Source: an uncultured Candidatus Saccharibacteria bacterium
GTDB lineage: Bacteria; Patescibacteriota; Dojkabacteria; J137
Assembly: GCA_964414295.1 (NCBI GenBank)
Contig: CAYPVU010000031.1
Location: 17,885-81,884 of the forward strand
Reading direction: 5' to 3'
Length of the DNA: 64,000 bases
The translations under genes were made by a program, and so were the position numbers. Positions 1 to 8,758 of the stretch are shown here, in pieces. The notes beneath the pieces are model-generated. The model searched no databases and was not told the DNA's origin. It was given only the letters and a program-made list of their open reading frames with translations. Position 1 is the stretch's first letter; each line of letters begins with the position of its first letter.

Positions 1-131
1 AAGGAAATCGGATATTTCAGACTATCAGAACTTCAAAGCGTAAAAGGTGCTTTAGGTTTACCAATCGAAAGAGATATGTATTTCAAGCCTAAAACTCTTA
101 GAGAACTAATGGACTGAATACAAAAACCTTA

Positions 132-154
132 GAGGGTTGCAAGGTTAAACCCTC
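132..154 (+). repeat. Hairpin (gagggtt..aaccctc) inside a ~45-bp element that is repeated at 1022-1068; terminator-like
   Basis: Inverted repeat gagggtt/aaccctc with 9-nt loop, followed by aatttt. About 80% identical copy at 1034-1056. Confidence 0.5.
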
Positions 155-182
155 GCAATTTTAAATTATTACAAAAAACAAA

Positions 183-563
183 ATGATAACTACTTTACCC
201 CTTAGATGGATTGAAAAAATAAACCCTTACTACTATGAAAATTTAGAGGAAGGTGAAGAAATAATGTGGAATACATTATGGAATTTTAACGATTGCGAAT
301 GGTCAGAGGAAAACGCAAAGAAAGTCAGAAATTGCGGAATGATACCAGTTGATGTTGATGGATTGATTTTCTGTGCATTGTCGGGTTGTGGAATGGATTT
401 AACAGCAACAGTTATTTACACACAATACAAGCTAACAGGAACAATTGAATTTGATTATGCAAAATATATCAAAAATGAGCCTCAAGATTATGTTGAATAT
501 GTAATCGGGAAAAAGAAAAGAACCGAGTTACTTACTTATATAAATAATTATTTCTACCTATAA
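183..563 (+). CDS. hypothetical small protein (126 aa)
   Basis: ORF in a tight cassette with the next ORF (1-nt gap). No recognisable motifs. Confidence 0.35.
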   Translation: MITTLPLRWIEKINPYYYENLEEGEEIMWNTLWNFNDCEWSEENAKKVRNCGMIPVDVDGLIFCALSGCGMDLTATVIYTQYKLTGTIEFDYAKYIKNEPQDYVEYVIGKKKRTELLTYINNYFYL

Positions 564-564
564 A

Positions 565-747
565 ATGAAAAACTACTTAATTCTAAATCGCTTGTATAAA
601 TTCATCAGGGAAATAAACGAAAAAACATTTATCGGACTGATTGAAGGTGTAAGAGATGAAAAAGAAGCACTCAACAGAGCAAAAGCAAAATTCAAACTTG
701 GAAAGGCTGAACAGCTTATCGCAGAGGAGTGCTATATACAAGTATAA
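565..747 (+). CDS. hypothetical small protein (60 aa)
   Basis: Short ORF immediately following 183..563, followed by a GC-rich hairpin. Confidence 0.25.
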   Translation: MKNYLILNRLYKFIREINEKTFIGLIEGVRDEKEALNRAKAKFKLGKAEQLIAEECYIQV

Positions 748-753
748 CAGGTT

Positions 754-782
754 AAGGGCGGAGGTCAAAAGCTTCCGCCCTT
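754..782 (+). terminator. GC-rich hairpin, putative intrinsic terminator
   Basis: aagggcgga...tccgccctt stem directly downstream of the stop at 747. Confidence 0.5.
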
Positions 783-818
783 ATAAAACTATTAATTATA
801 AATTTATTAAATAACAAA

Positions 819-1019
819 ATGGACTATATAAAATACCCAATAGCAAAAACATTGATTGAATGTATTGAACACTTAGAAAAAGGCGGTGAACTATGGCAGG
901 AGTTAAGTACAACTCCCGAAGATGGCGAACTTGCTCAAATTGAAAATTATGATGAATTAATGGATTTAGTTGATTATGAGGAAGATGTTGAAGACTGGCA
1001 AATTCATCTAATAGATTAA
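819..1019 (+). CDS. hypothetical small acidic protein (66 aa)
   Basis: ORF with a highly acidic C-terminus, followed by the second copy of the hairpin repeat. Confidence 0.3.
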   Translation: MDYIKYPIAKTLIECIEHLEKGGELWQELSTTPEDGELAQIENYDELMDLVDYEEDVEDWQIHLID

Positions 1020-1033
1020 TTTTGCAAACCTTT

Positions 1034-1056
1034 GAGGGTTAGAAGGTAAAACCCTC
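1034..1056 (+). repeat. Second copy of the hairpin element (gagggtt..aaccctc)
   Basis: Same stem sequence as 132-154, with similar flanks (aaacctt..., ...aaatttg). Confidence 0.5.
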
Positions 1057-1191
1057 AAAATTTGAGCAGTTGAAACTTACTTTCTTTATCTCTAGCCGAA
1101 ATAAGAAAGTAAGCAAAGAAAGTTGGCTTTTGCTTTTACATCGATAGAAGAATAGTATATTATTTGATAATAATATTTTGCATATAATAGA

Positions 1192-1404
1192 TTGATGGTC
1201 ACTCTTGCAGAGAAAATCAGAACTAGACGTATTGAATTATCCCTGACACAGGAACAATTGGCTATAAAAGCTACAATTCCATACACTACATTATCGAAGA
1301 TTGAAAATGGATTTGTATTGAACCCAACAGTCAAAACACTTAAAAAAATTGCAAAAGCGTTAGAAGTTAATATAGAGGATTTGGTAAAACATGTACAAAT
1401 ATAA
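1192..1404 (+). CDS. HTH XRE-family (Cro/C1-type) transcriptional regulator, controller (C)-protein-like
   Basis: The 70 aa sequence has an XRE-type HTH (LSLTQEQLAIKATIPYTTLSKIENG). Its stop overlaps the downstream methyltransferase start. TATAAT at 1183-1188 is 7 nt upstream of the ATG at 1195 (the track start is TTG at 1192). Confidence 0.75.
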   Translation: MMVTLAEKIRTRRIELSLTQEQLAIKATIPYTTLSKIENGFVLNPTVKTLKKIAKALEVNIEDLVKHVQI

Positions 1405-3229
1405 ACCAGTTATAGCAGAACCACATACACCACCATACAAAATACATAAGTATTTTGCACGAAGACCATGGAATGTTTTCGAACAGTTGGTATGCGAGTT
1501 TGCTAAGGAAAATGAGATAGTATTAGATCCATTTTGCGGTGGTGGAGTAACTATATACGAAGGTATTAAAAATAATAGAAAAGTAATAGGCTTTGATTTA
1601 AATCCTTTATCAATATTCATAGTGGAAAACATGATAAAGGGGTATGATGATATTGCCAAAATCAAAGATATTTATAACTCATTAAATAAATATTTAATGA
1701 GTTTATACGAAAACCTAAAAGAATTTCAAATAGGAGAAAAAGATTTATTTGGAGAAAGAAATTCTCTTGAGTTATGGAATGAATTAACCTTTATCGTATC
1801 TTGCCCCGTTTGTGGTAAATCAACTCAGTTACTTAATAGTCAAAAAGTTAAAAATGGCTTTTACAAGTGTCAAAATGATAATTGCCCTTCTCATAATTCA
1901 AATGTAAATTATTTTCAAGCTAACAAAGCTAAAAGAATTGGAAGGAAATATCTACTAACTGTATACAAAGAATCAAGTAAAAAGAAGGTTGTTCCGTTTG
2001 ATATACATCGAGAAAAAGCATTCCAAAAACATGTTCAATGGTTAAAAAAACAAGTAAGCGATGCAGGTATAACAATACCACAGGAAATTATTCCGATGAA
2101 TTGGGATCGTCAATTCGAAGACACGTTAAGTAAAAAAGGAATACTATATTTCAAAGATTTCTTCACTGAGCGGAATTTATATATAAATCTTTTATTAAAA
2201 GAGAGAATTGATTCGGAACTAAGTGAAACAGAAAGAGATATTTTTAGGTTAATATTTAGTAGTTCGTTAAAAGATACAAATATTATGTCTTTCACAGTTG
2301 ACTCTTGGCAAGGAGGTAACCCAACTTCATGGTCAAAGCATGCTTATTGGATTCCGAATCAATTTTGTGAGACATCAATTATAGAAGCATTTAAGAATGC
2401 TTTTCAAAGGATGGTTGCATCAATAGAGTTTAACAATAGTCATAAAGTAAATGGAAGAAAGGTAAATACATTTGATGAGTTAAAAGGCGAATCAAATGTA
2501 CTCCTTTACAACACTTCAATTTCAAATGAAATCCCCGATTGTGTAATTGATGCAATTATTACTGATCCTCCCTACGGAAGCAATGTACAGTATTTAGAAC
2601 TTTCACATTTTTGGCATATTTGGAACTACGATTTATACAAAAACTCTAACCCTGAGTTTTCTAAAGAAGCCATATTCAATAGAAAGAAAAATTTTGATGG
2701 CTATAAGGACATTAAACAGTACGAAACAAACTTAGAATCAGTATTTAAAGAATGTTATAGAGTCCTGAAAAATGAACGATTCATGACGCTAACATTTAAC
2801 AATAAGGATATTGGAGCATGGCTTGCAATATTAATTGCTATTTTTAAATCTGGTTTTGAATTAGCAGAGAATGGTATCTACTTCCAAGATGGAGTTAAAA
2901 ACTATCGGCAAACATCACATACAAAGTCTAAAGGTTCTCCGTTTGGAGACTTCATATATGTCTTTGTTAAAAATACAAAACAACTCAAAACTAAGGAAAT
3001 TACGCAAAGTGAATTTGTTGATAGATTCCACAAACTTTTTGAGGAGTATGAAAATATAGAGATTGAAGGTACTGAGGAATTAAATCAAAATCTTATAAGG
3101 TTATTTAATAATCTCGTTCCATTAGTTTCTCAACTTGTTAAAACATTTGATAAACACAAAGAAGATCACAGTTTATATGAAATATTAAATAAAAAATATA
3201 TAGACAAACTCTATGATAAAAAGAATTAG
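1391..3229 (+). CDS. DNA amino-methyltransferase (N6-A/N4-C) with Zn-ribbon, COG1743/DUF1156-like N-terminus
   Basis: Motif I is LDPFCGGGVT. A Zn-ribbon is present (CPVCGK...YKCQNDNCPSH). Motif IV is ITDPPYGSNVQY. N-terminal IHKYFARRPW resembles the DUF1156 signature. Confidence 0.8.
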   Translation: MYKYKPVIAEPHTPPYKIHKYFARRPWNVFEQLVCEFAKENEIVLDPFCGGGVTIYEGIKNNRKVIGFDLNPLSIFIVENMIKGYDDIAKIKDIYNSLNKYLMSLYENLKEFQIGEKDLFGERNSLELWNELTFIVSCPVCGKSTQLLNSQKVKNGFYKCQNDNCPSHNSNVNYFQANKAKRIGRKYLLTVYKESSKKKVVPFDIHREKAFQKHVQWLKKQVSDAGITIPQEIIPMNWDRQFEDTLSKKGILYFKDFFTERNLYINLLLKERIDSELSETERDIFRLIFSSSLKDTNIMSFTVDSWQGGNPTSWSKHAYWIPNQFCETSIIEAFKNAFQRMVASIEFNNSHKVNGRKVNTFDELKGESNVLLYNTSISNEIPDCVIDAIITDPPYGSNVQYLELSHFWHIWNYDLYKNSNPEFSKEAIFNRKKNFDGYKDIKQYETNLESVFKECYRVLKNERFMTLTFNNKDIGAWLAILIAIFKSGFELAENGIYFQDGVKNYRQTSHTKSKGSPFGDFIYVFVKNTKQLKTKEITQSEFVDRFHKLFEEYENIEIEGTEELNQNLIRLFNNLVPLVSQLVKTFDKHKEDHSLYEILNKKYIDKLYDKKN

Positions 3230-4541
3230 CAACACAATTAACATACTGGATATTGAAAAATATAATTCTCTAGTAAATGACTATTACAATGTAATCGATT
3301 CTTTATCAAAAAGATTCATAGTTACTGAAAACTATGAACTTGGGAAATTGGTGAATTTTAAAAGTAACTTAAAAGTTCCAAAGCACAATTGGTTCAATTA
3401 TAAACAAGGATATGCAAGCAGACTCGTTAAACAGATAATTGAATGGGAGAAAAAAAATCTAGTTGAAAATTCTGTCATTCTGGATCCGTTTTGTGGAGTT
3501 GGAACTACAAATTTAGAATCGCAAATTTTAGGTTACAGTTCTGTTGGTTATGATATCAATCCAATTGCCTTGTTAATTGCAAAAACGAAGACAACTTTCT
3601 ATACAAAACAAGAATTAGGAGATATCTTAGAAAAGATCAATAAATTTAAAATTGAAATAAATGATATTAAAAGACCTGAGATCCCTGAAGCCAAGGTCTT
3701 AATCAGCTCTTTTAGTCATGAGATTCTAGAAAACCTATTTAGAATCTTAAAATGGACTGAGCAAATTGAAGAAATAAAGACAAGAGACTTTTTTAAATTG
3801 GTTTTAATTTCAACAGTAGATCCATCGTCTTGTAGAGTGAAAGATGGAAATGGAATAAAGCTCTCTAAAACAAAAAAAGTAGTTGAAAATACTTTTGAGT
3901 TTTATTTCAATACTGCTATGCAATTCTATAAGGATATTGAAGAAATAAACTTAGATGTTCCTGTTTCAATAAACGAAGGATCATACTATAAGCATGAAGA
4001 TAATAATGATTTATATGATTTAATTATATATTCCCCTCCATACGCTAACTGCTTCGACTACTTTGAAGTGTATAAACTAGAAATGTGGGTTGCAGGATTT
4101 ATAAGTAAGTATAGTGACTTTGAGGCATACAGAAATTTAGCTATGAGGTCTCATGTCAATGCTAAATTTTCTCATGATTTTACTAATAATTATGCTGAGA
4201 TTAAGCTTATTTCTGATCTCATTCGAACTACTAATGTTTGGAATAAAAATATTCCTGATATGATAATGGGATATTTTGATGATATGTCTACAACACTAGA
4301 ACTTAATTATAAACAATTGAAAAAGGGTAAAAGATGTTACATTGTAGTTGCGAATTCTGGCTATCGTGGAATACTAGTGCCTACAGATTTATTACTTGCT
4401 AAGATTGCATCAAATTATGGATTTAAAATTGTTAATATTTTCCATACTAGAGATATTCGTTCTTCCTCGCAACAAATGAATATCTTAAAGAACGGGTACA
4501 ATAAATTGATGCGGGAGAGTATAATTGTTTTAGAAAAATAA
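3213..4541 (+). CDS. Second DNA amino-methyltransferase (N6-A or N4-C)
   Basis: Motif I is ILDPFCGVGTT and motif IV is IIYSPPYANCFDY, with about 180 aa between them (TRD). It overlaps the upstream methyltransferase by 17 nt. Confidence 0.75.
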   Translation: MIKRISNTINILDIEKYNSLVNDYYNVIDSLSKRFIVTENYELGKLVNFKSNLKVPKHNWFNYKQGYASRLVKQIIEWEKKNLVENSVILDPFCGVGTTNLESQILGYSSVGYDINPIALLIAKTKTTFYTKQELGDILEKINKFKIEINDIKRPEIPEAKVLISSFSHEILENLFRILKWTEQIEEIKTRDFFKLVLISTVDPSSCRVKDGNGIKLSKTKKVVENTFEFYFNTAMQFYKDIEEINLDVPVSINEGSYYKHEDNNDLYDLIIYSPPYANCFDYFEVYKLEMWVAGFISKYSDFEAYRNLAMRSHVNAKFSHDFTNNYAEIKLISDLIRTTNVWNKNIPDMIMGYFDDMSTTLELNYKQLKKGKRCYIVVANSGYRGILVPTDLLLAKIASNYGFKIVNIFHTRDIRSSSQQMNILKNGYNKLMRESIIVLEK

Positions 4542-7378
4542 TGAAATATCTAGAAATTTTAAAAAGAAGATTTAATTCGTGGAAAGAAGTTGAATCTATA
4601 ATCGAAGCATTACCTACAACATATGAAAAGGGGGAAGCCTTCGAGCAATTCGTATTTGCGTATTTATCATTAAATAAATCGCAATATCAAATAAAAGAGT
4701 TATATAGGTCTAAAGATATTCCTCTTACATTTTTAGAAAAATACCGTATAGAAAAAAAAGATAGTGGTGTTGACGGGTTTATCGTTTTTGAAGATGGCAA
4801 GGTTGCTGGATATCAAGTAAAATTCAGAGTAGATAGAAAAGTCCCATCATATGACGAATTAGCTAAGTTCTGGGTTGAATCTCAATATACAGACTATAAT
4901 TATATCGTTGCTAATTGTTATTATCTTACTGAACTAGCCCTCAAGAATCCAAAGCATTTAGCTATTTTAGTGGATACTTTCGATTCACTAACTGATGACT
5001 TTTTTGCTGAATTTCATTCACTAGCGAATTCTCAGGTTGTAAAAGAAAGAAACATTCTAAGACCTTACCCTTTCCAAATTAGGATGATAAATGACATTTT
5101 AGAAGGCTTCAAAAAGAATGATAGAGGTAAATTAATCGCAGCCTGTGGAACTGGTAAAACATTGACATCACTTTGGGTTGCAGAAAAGATTAAGGCAAGT
5201 AGCGTTCTTTTCATTGCTCCCAGCTTGGCTTTAATAAAACAGACACTTGAGAAATGGATGCAGAATTCCATAGTTCCTATTGATTATATCTGTGTTTGTA
5301 GCGATAAAACAGTAGTAAACGAGGATGAAGGAGATATTTTGGCAAGTGAAATTGGTGTGCCAGTAACAACAGATAAGAATGAATTAATAAAGTTCTTAAG
5401 TTCACCTAAGGCCCCCGAAAAATTAAAAGTTGTATTTTCCACATATCAGTCACTTGATGTTGTAAGTAATGCAAGTCTAGAACTAAAGAGTTATTCTTAT
5501 GATCTAGCGATATTTGACGAGGCACATAGAACAGCAGGTTCAAAAGATTCAAGTTTATTCTCTTTGGGATTAAACAATGATTTCATAAATATTCATAAAA
5601 GATTATTTATGACTGCTACCGAAAGACTTATCAAACCTTGGATTAAGAAAAAAGCTGAAGAAAACGAACGTATATTATTTTCTATGGATGATGAGAACCT
5701 CTATGGTCCAGTATTTCATAGATTTTCTTTTGGCGAAGCGATTAAAGAAAGTGTAATTTCAGACTATCGAGTAGTTGTCGCCTCTACAGATGAAAAGTCC
5801 CTTTTGGAAATGCTAAATAAAAACAATATTCTCGAAGTTATTAATAAAAATAACAGTTTAACAAACGCTCAAAATCTTTTTAAACAATTACTGTTGTTAA
5901 AATCTTTTCAGGAATTACCAATTAAAAAGACAATAACTTTCCATTCAAATGTTTTAAAGGCAAAAGAGTTTATCAATGGTGTAAATTCAAATGAACTTAC
6001 TTTTGCTGATTTAGTGAAAAGTCTCGGTAATTTCAACAATAGTTTTTTCTTGGATCATGTAAATGGAAGCATGTCTTCAGGGAAACGAAAAGAAATAATG
6101 CATAATTTTGAAATTTCTGAGTATGGTATTGTTTCTAATGCACGTTGTTTAACTGAAGGTGTTGATGTACCACTCATCGATAGTATATATTTTGTTAATC
6201 CAAAGACCTCAATTATTGACATAGTGCAAGCATGCGGAAGAGCATTAAGAAAAAACAATAACGATTCGAATAAAACTGCTTATTTCATCATACCTGTCAT
6301 TGTTAGTGAAAATAATAATGCAGGAGTTAATAGTGAAGAATTTGAGATGGTTTTTAATGTAATTCAGGCGTTAAGGGACCAAGATAGTAGAATGGCAGAA
6401 TGGATAGATACCTTAAACGATCATCTTGTAAAAGGAAAGGTGTCAAAATTTTCAAGTGGTAAAACTTCACCAATTTCAATAATTCTTCCAAAATCTATCA
6501 ATATAGATGACTTTTCTCGAAATTTGTTAATCCGAATCGCAGATGTAAACAAAAACCCAATTACTTTTTTAAAGACAAAGAGTTACGGTAAAAATGAAAG
6601 AAAAAGTCAATTTAAAAGAGTATTTAAAACAATAGGTGATATTTCTTACGATTCCTTTCAAAAGAATCTTGTTGATCCAACATTAGCAAGATTTAAAAAT
6701 GTTGATGAAATTGTTGAAACAGCTAAATTAGTAATAAACAATAATAATTTATCCCATACCGAACGACTTGGCTTATTGATTAGAGAAAATAAATATGCCT
6801 CACTGACTCCGTTGGGTAAGGCTTATTTTAGAGGGCAAATAAAGTTTATAGATCTGTTTAAGAGACAAATGCTTTATTATTTTAGTAAAGAAGAATTGGA
6901 TGGAAAGGAGATGATAATTTTTCCATACAGAACGACACTAAAAGTCCTCTTAGAAAAAGACTTTATAAGTTTTACCGACTTCGTATTTGGGATTTACTCG
7001 CTTAACAATAGTGAAAGTGATTTTGTCTATCAGTCAATAAATAGAATTAATACACTTAGAAGTAGATTCCCTAATATTGAACAATCTAATATTTCAAATC
7101 GAGAGAAACTTATTGTAGAGCTAAATAATCTATTTGAAACGAATTTTTCTATAACAGATTTATGGGAAAAGAAGACTACTATCAATAATCAGTTTATTTA
7201 CTTTAGAAATCACCTTAGTTTATTTGGAGATATGTTAGAAATTGATAATTCTAACAGAGTAATACGATTGCAAAAGGAAGGATATAATAATCTAAGGAAA
7301 ATAATAAACGATAGTAACATGATAGAAAGTTATACTAATATAAGTATTCTCCGTGAACAATACACAACCATAAATTGA
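4541..7378 (+). CDS. Restriction-type Mrr-like (PD-(D/E)xK) nuclease fused to SF2 DEAH helicase, with a 330-aa uncharacterised C-terminal domain
   Basis: N-terminus has GEAFEQFV and DSGVDGFIVFEDGKVAGYQVKF (Mrr_cat-like). Helicase motifs are AACGTGKT (I), IFDEAHR (II) and QACGRALR (VI). Its start overlaps the stop of the second methyltransferase. Confidence 0.8.
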   Translation: MKYLEILKRRFNSWKEVESIIEALPTTYEKGEAFEQFVFAYLSLNKSQYQIKELYRSKDIPLTFLEKYRIEKKDSGVDGFIVFEDGKVAGYQVKFRVDRKVPSYDELAKFWVESQYTDYNYIVANCYYLTELALKNPKHLAILVDTFDSLTDDFFAEFHSLANSQVVKERNILRPYPFQIRMINDILEGFKKNDRGKLIAACGTGKTLTSLWVAEKIKASSVLFIAPSLALIKQTLEKWMQNSIVPIDYICVCSDKTVVNEDEGDILASEIGVPVTTDKNELIKFLSSPKAPEKLKVVFSTYQSLDVVSNASLELKSYSYDLAIFDEAHRTAGSKDSSLFSLGLNNDFINIHKRLFMTATERLIKPWIKKKAEENERILFSMDDENLYGPVFHRFSFGEAIKESVISDYRVVVASTDEKSLLEMLNKNNILEVINKNNSLTNAQNLFKQLLLLKSFQELPIKKTITFHSNVLKAKEFINGVNSNELTFADLVKSLGNFNNSFFLDHVNGSMSSGKRKEIMHNFEISEYGIVSNARCLTEGVDVPLIDSIYFVNPKTSIIDIVQACGRALRKNNNDSNKTAYFIIPVIVSENNNAGVNSEEFEMVFNVIQALRDQDSRMAEWIDTLNDHLVKGKVSKFSSGKTSPISIILPKSINIDDFSRNLLIRIADVNKNPITFLKTKSYGKNERKSQFKRVFKTIGDISYDSFQKNLVDPTLARFKNVDEIVETAKLVINNNNLSHTERLGLLIRENKYASLTPLGKAYFRGQIKFIDLFKRQMLYYFSKEELDGKEMIIFPYRTTLKVLLEKDFISFTDFVFGIYSLNNSESDFVYQSINRINTLRSRFPNIEQSNISNREKLIVELNNLFETNFSITDLWEKKTTINNQFIYFRNHLSLFGDMLEIDNSNRVIRLQKEGYNNLRKIINDSNMIESYTNISILREQYTTIN

Positions 7379-7411
7379 TTTTTTTAGCGGAATTAATAAC
7401 AATTTGCTTTC

Positions 7412-7440
7412 TTGACGGTTTACGCTATATGCGGTAAAAT
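7412..7440 (+). promoter_or_regulatory. Sigma70-like promoter of lexA (TTGACG-17-TAAAAT) with an embedded imperfect palindrome
   Basis: TTGACG 7412-7417 and TAAAAT 7435-7440. The lexA ATG at 7447 makes a leaderless transcript. TTTACGC-TATAT-GCGGTAAA overlaps the spacer and -10. Confidence 0.5.
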
Positions 7441-7446
7441 TAACGC

Positions 7447-8091
7447 ATGTATAAAAGCGACTTAACACCAAAACAAAGAAATGTTCTCCTTGCAATTGAG
7501 CATTTGTTCAGGATTAATTCTGTTTCACCAACTCTTGAGGAAATTCGCCAGTATCTTAATTATAGTAATACCAGTTCAGTACAAAGGCACATTGAGCCAT
7601 TAATTAAAAAAGGGTATTTAAGAAATCAAGAAAATAAGTCTAGAAGCTTTGAAGTTATCAGCAGTAATATTGATTTAATTAACATTCCACTTGTTGGTAA
7701 TATTGCCTGTGGAATTCCTATCCATGCTGAAGAAAATATTGAAGCTTATATTCCATACCCTAAACAGGATACAAAGTATTCAGTTTCGGAACTATTTTTT
7801 CTCAGAGCTATTGGTGACAGTATGAACGATTATTGTATTAAAAACAAACCAATTCACGATGGGGATTTCGTTTTAATACATCAACAAAGTAATGCAGACT
7901 TAGGACAACCAGTTGTAGCTCTAGTTGGTGACGAAGCTACAATTAAGATTTTCAGTAAAGATACAAATCTTGGAGCTTATGTTTTAAAGCCAAAGTCTAA
8001 TAATCCTAAACATAAACCAATTTTAATATTTGATAATCTTTCAATACAAGGTGTTGCAGTAGATGTAATTAAACCTAAATTATTAAATTAA
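7447..8091 (+). CDS. lexA: LexA repressor (S24 peptidase)
   Basis: N-terminal winged helix (PTLEEIRQYLNYSNTSSVQRHIEPLIKKGYL), an Ala-Gly cleavage site (NIACGIP), the catalytic Ser in GDSM and a downstream Lys. Confidence 0.9.
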   Translation: MYKSDLTPKQRNVLLAIEHLFRINSVSPTLEEIRQYLNYSNTSSVQRHIEPLIKKGYLRNQENKSRSFEVISSNIDLINIPLVGNIACGIPIHAEENIEAYIPYPKQDTKYSVSELFFLRAIGDSMNDYCIKNKPIHDGDFVLIHQQSNADLGQPVVALVGDEATIKIFSKDTNLGAYVLKPKSNNPKHKPILIFDNLSIQGVAVDVIKPKLLN

Positions 8092-8095
8092 TAAT

Positions 8096-8341
8096 ATGAA
8101 GAAAACTAATTATCATGTAATGAAGCATCCCGAAGGTGGGTGGCAAGGCAAAAAGGAAGGGAGCCAAAAGGCAACATTCAAGACCGAGACTAAAAAACAG
8201 GCTGAATTGAAGGCTAAAGCGATAGTTTCCAATCAGGGTGGTGGCGAAGTTAAATTACATGGAGTAAAAGGAAATATTTTGGATTCCGATACAGTTAAAC
8301 CCGCAAAAGATCCAAATCCTCCAAAGGATAAAGTTCATTAA
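8096..8341 (+). CDS. DUF2188-family small protein
   Basis: NYHVMKHPEGGWQGKKEGSQKA...HGVKGNI matches the DUF2188 pattern. It lies 4 nt after lexA. Confidence 0.6.
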   Translation: MKKTNYHVMKHPEGGWQGKKEGSQKATFKTETKKQAELKAKAIVSNQGGGEVKLHGVKGNILDSDTVKPAKDPNPPKDKVH

Positions 8342-8358
8342 TTTTTATTAGACTAAAT

Positions 8359-8712
8359 ATGATAGATTTTTTAGAAAACATTTCATTGATTCATTGGCTT
8401 ATTGGAATAATTATTGTATTAATCCCGATAGCTATTTACTTTATGAAATACATAATTCTACAAATTAAATTTGCTAGAAACTTGAGAAGGAAAATCTATT
8501 TTATAAAATTGAATGATAGTAAACCACTCACAACAGAAAGGACACTTATATCAAATACTCACCTATTCAATGTCGAAAAAGAGATATATTCGATTTCTAA
8601 TGATCCCAAAATATTACAATTAATGAATAAGCACAGTTTATTTGTTGTCGGATATGATAATGGTTATGAAAGAGATGAAGATTTACATAAACTTCTAACT
8701 AAGATTTATTAA
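8359..8712 (+). CDS. Small membrane protein (one N-terminal TM helix), candidate SOS-regulated
   Basis: Hydrophobic segment WLIGIIIVLIPIAIYF and a 17-nt gap after the DUF2188 gene. Confidence 0.4.
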   Translation: MIDFLENISLIHWLIGIIIVLIPIAIYFMKYIILQIKFARNLRRKIYFIKLNDSKPLTTERTLISNTHLFNVEKEIYSISNDPKILQLMNKHSLFVVGYDNGYERDEDLHKLLTKIY

Positions 8713-8758
8713 ATTTTACTGAACTGCTAGAATAGGTTAACTACTTGAAAGTAAAAAT

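Noticed and set aside
583-768. Antisense and short internal ORFs (e.g. 583..768-, 1092..1334-, 1360..1665-, 5065..5271-, 6055..6258-, 19023..19349+, 20756..21150-, 27137..27395+, 57501..57896-)
   Set aside because: They lie entirely inside or antisense to well-supported genes. They have low-complexity or AT-codon-driven translations and no motifs, so they were judged spurious.
122-1068. CRISPR array or prophage att sites formed by the repeated ~45-bp element
   Set aside because: There are only two copies 900 bp apart, separated by ORFs rather than uniform spacers. No integrase or cas genes are nearby.
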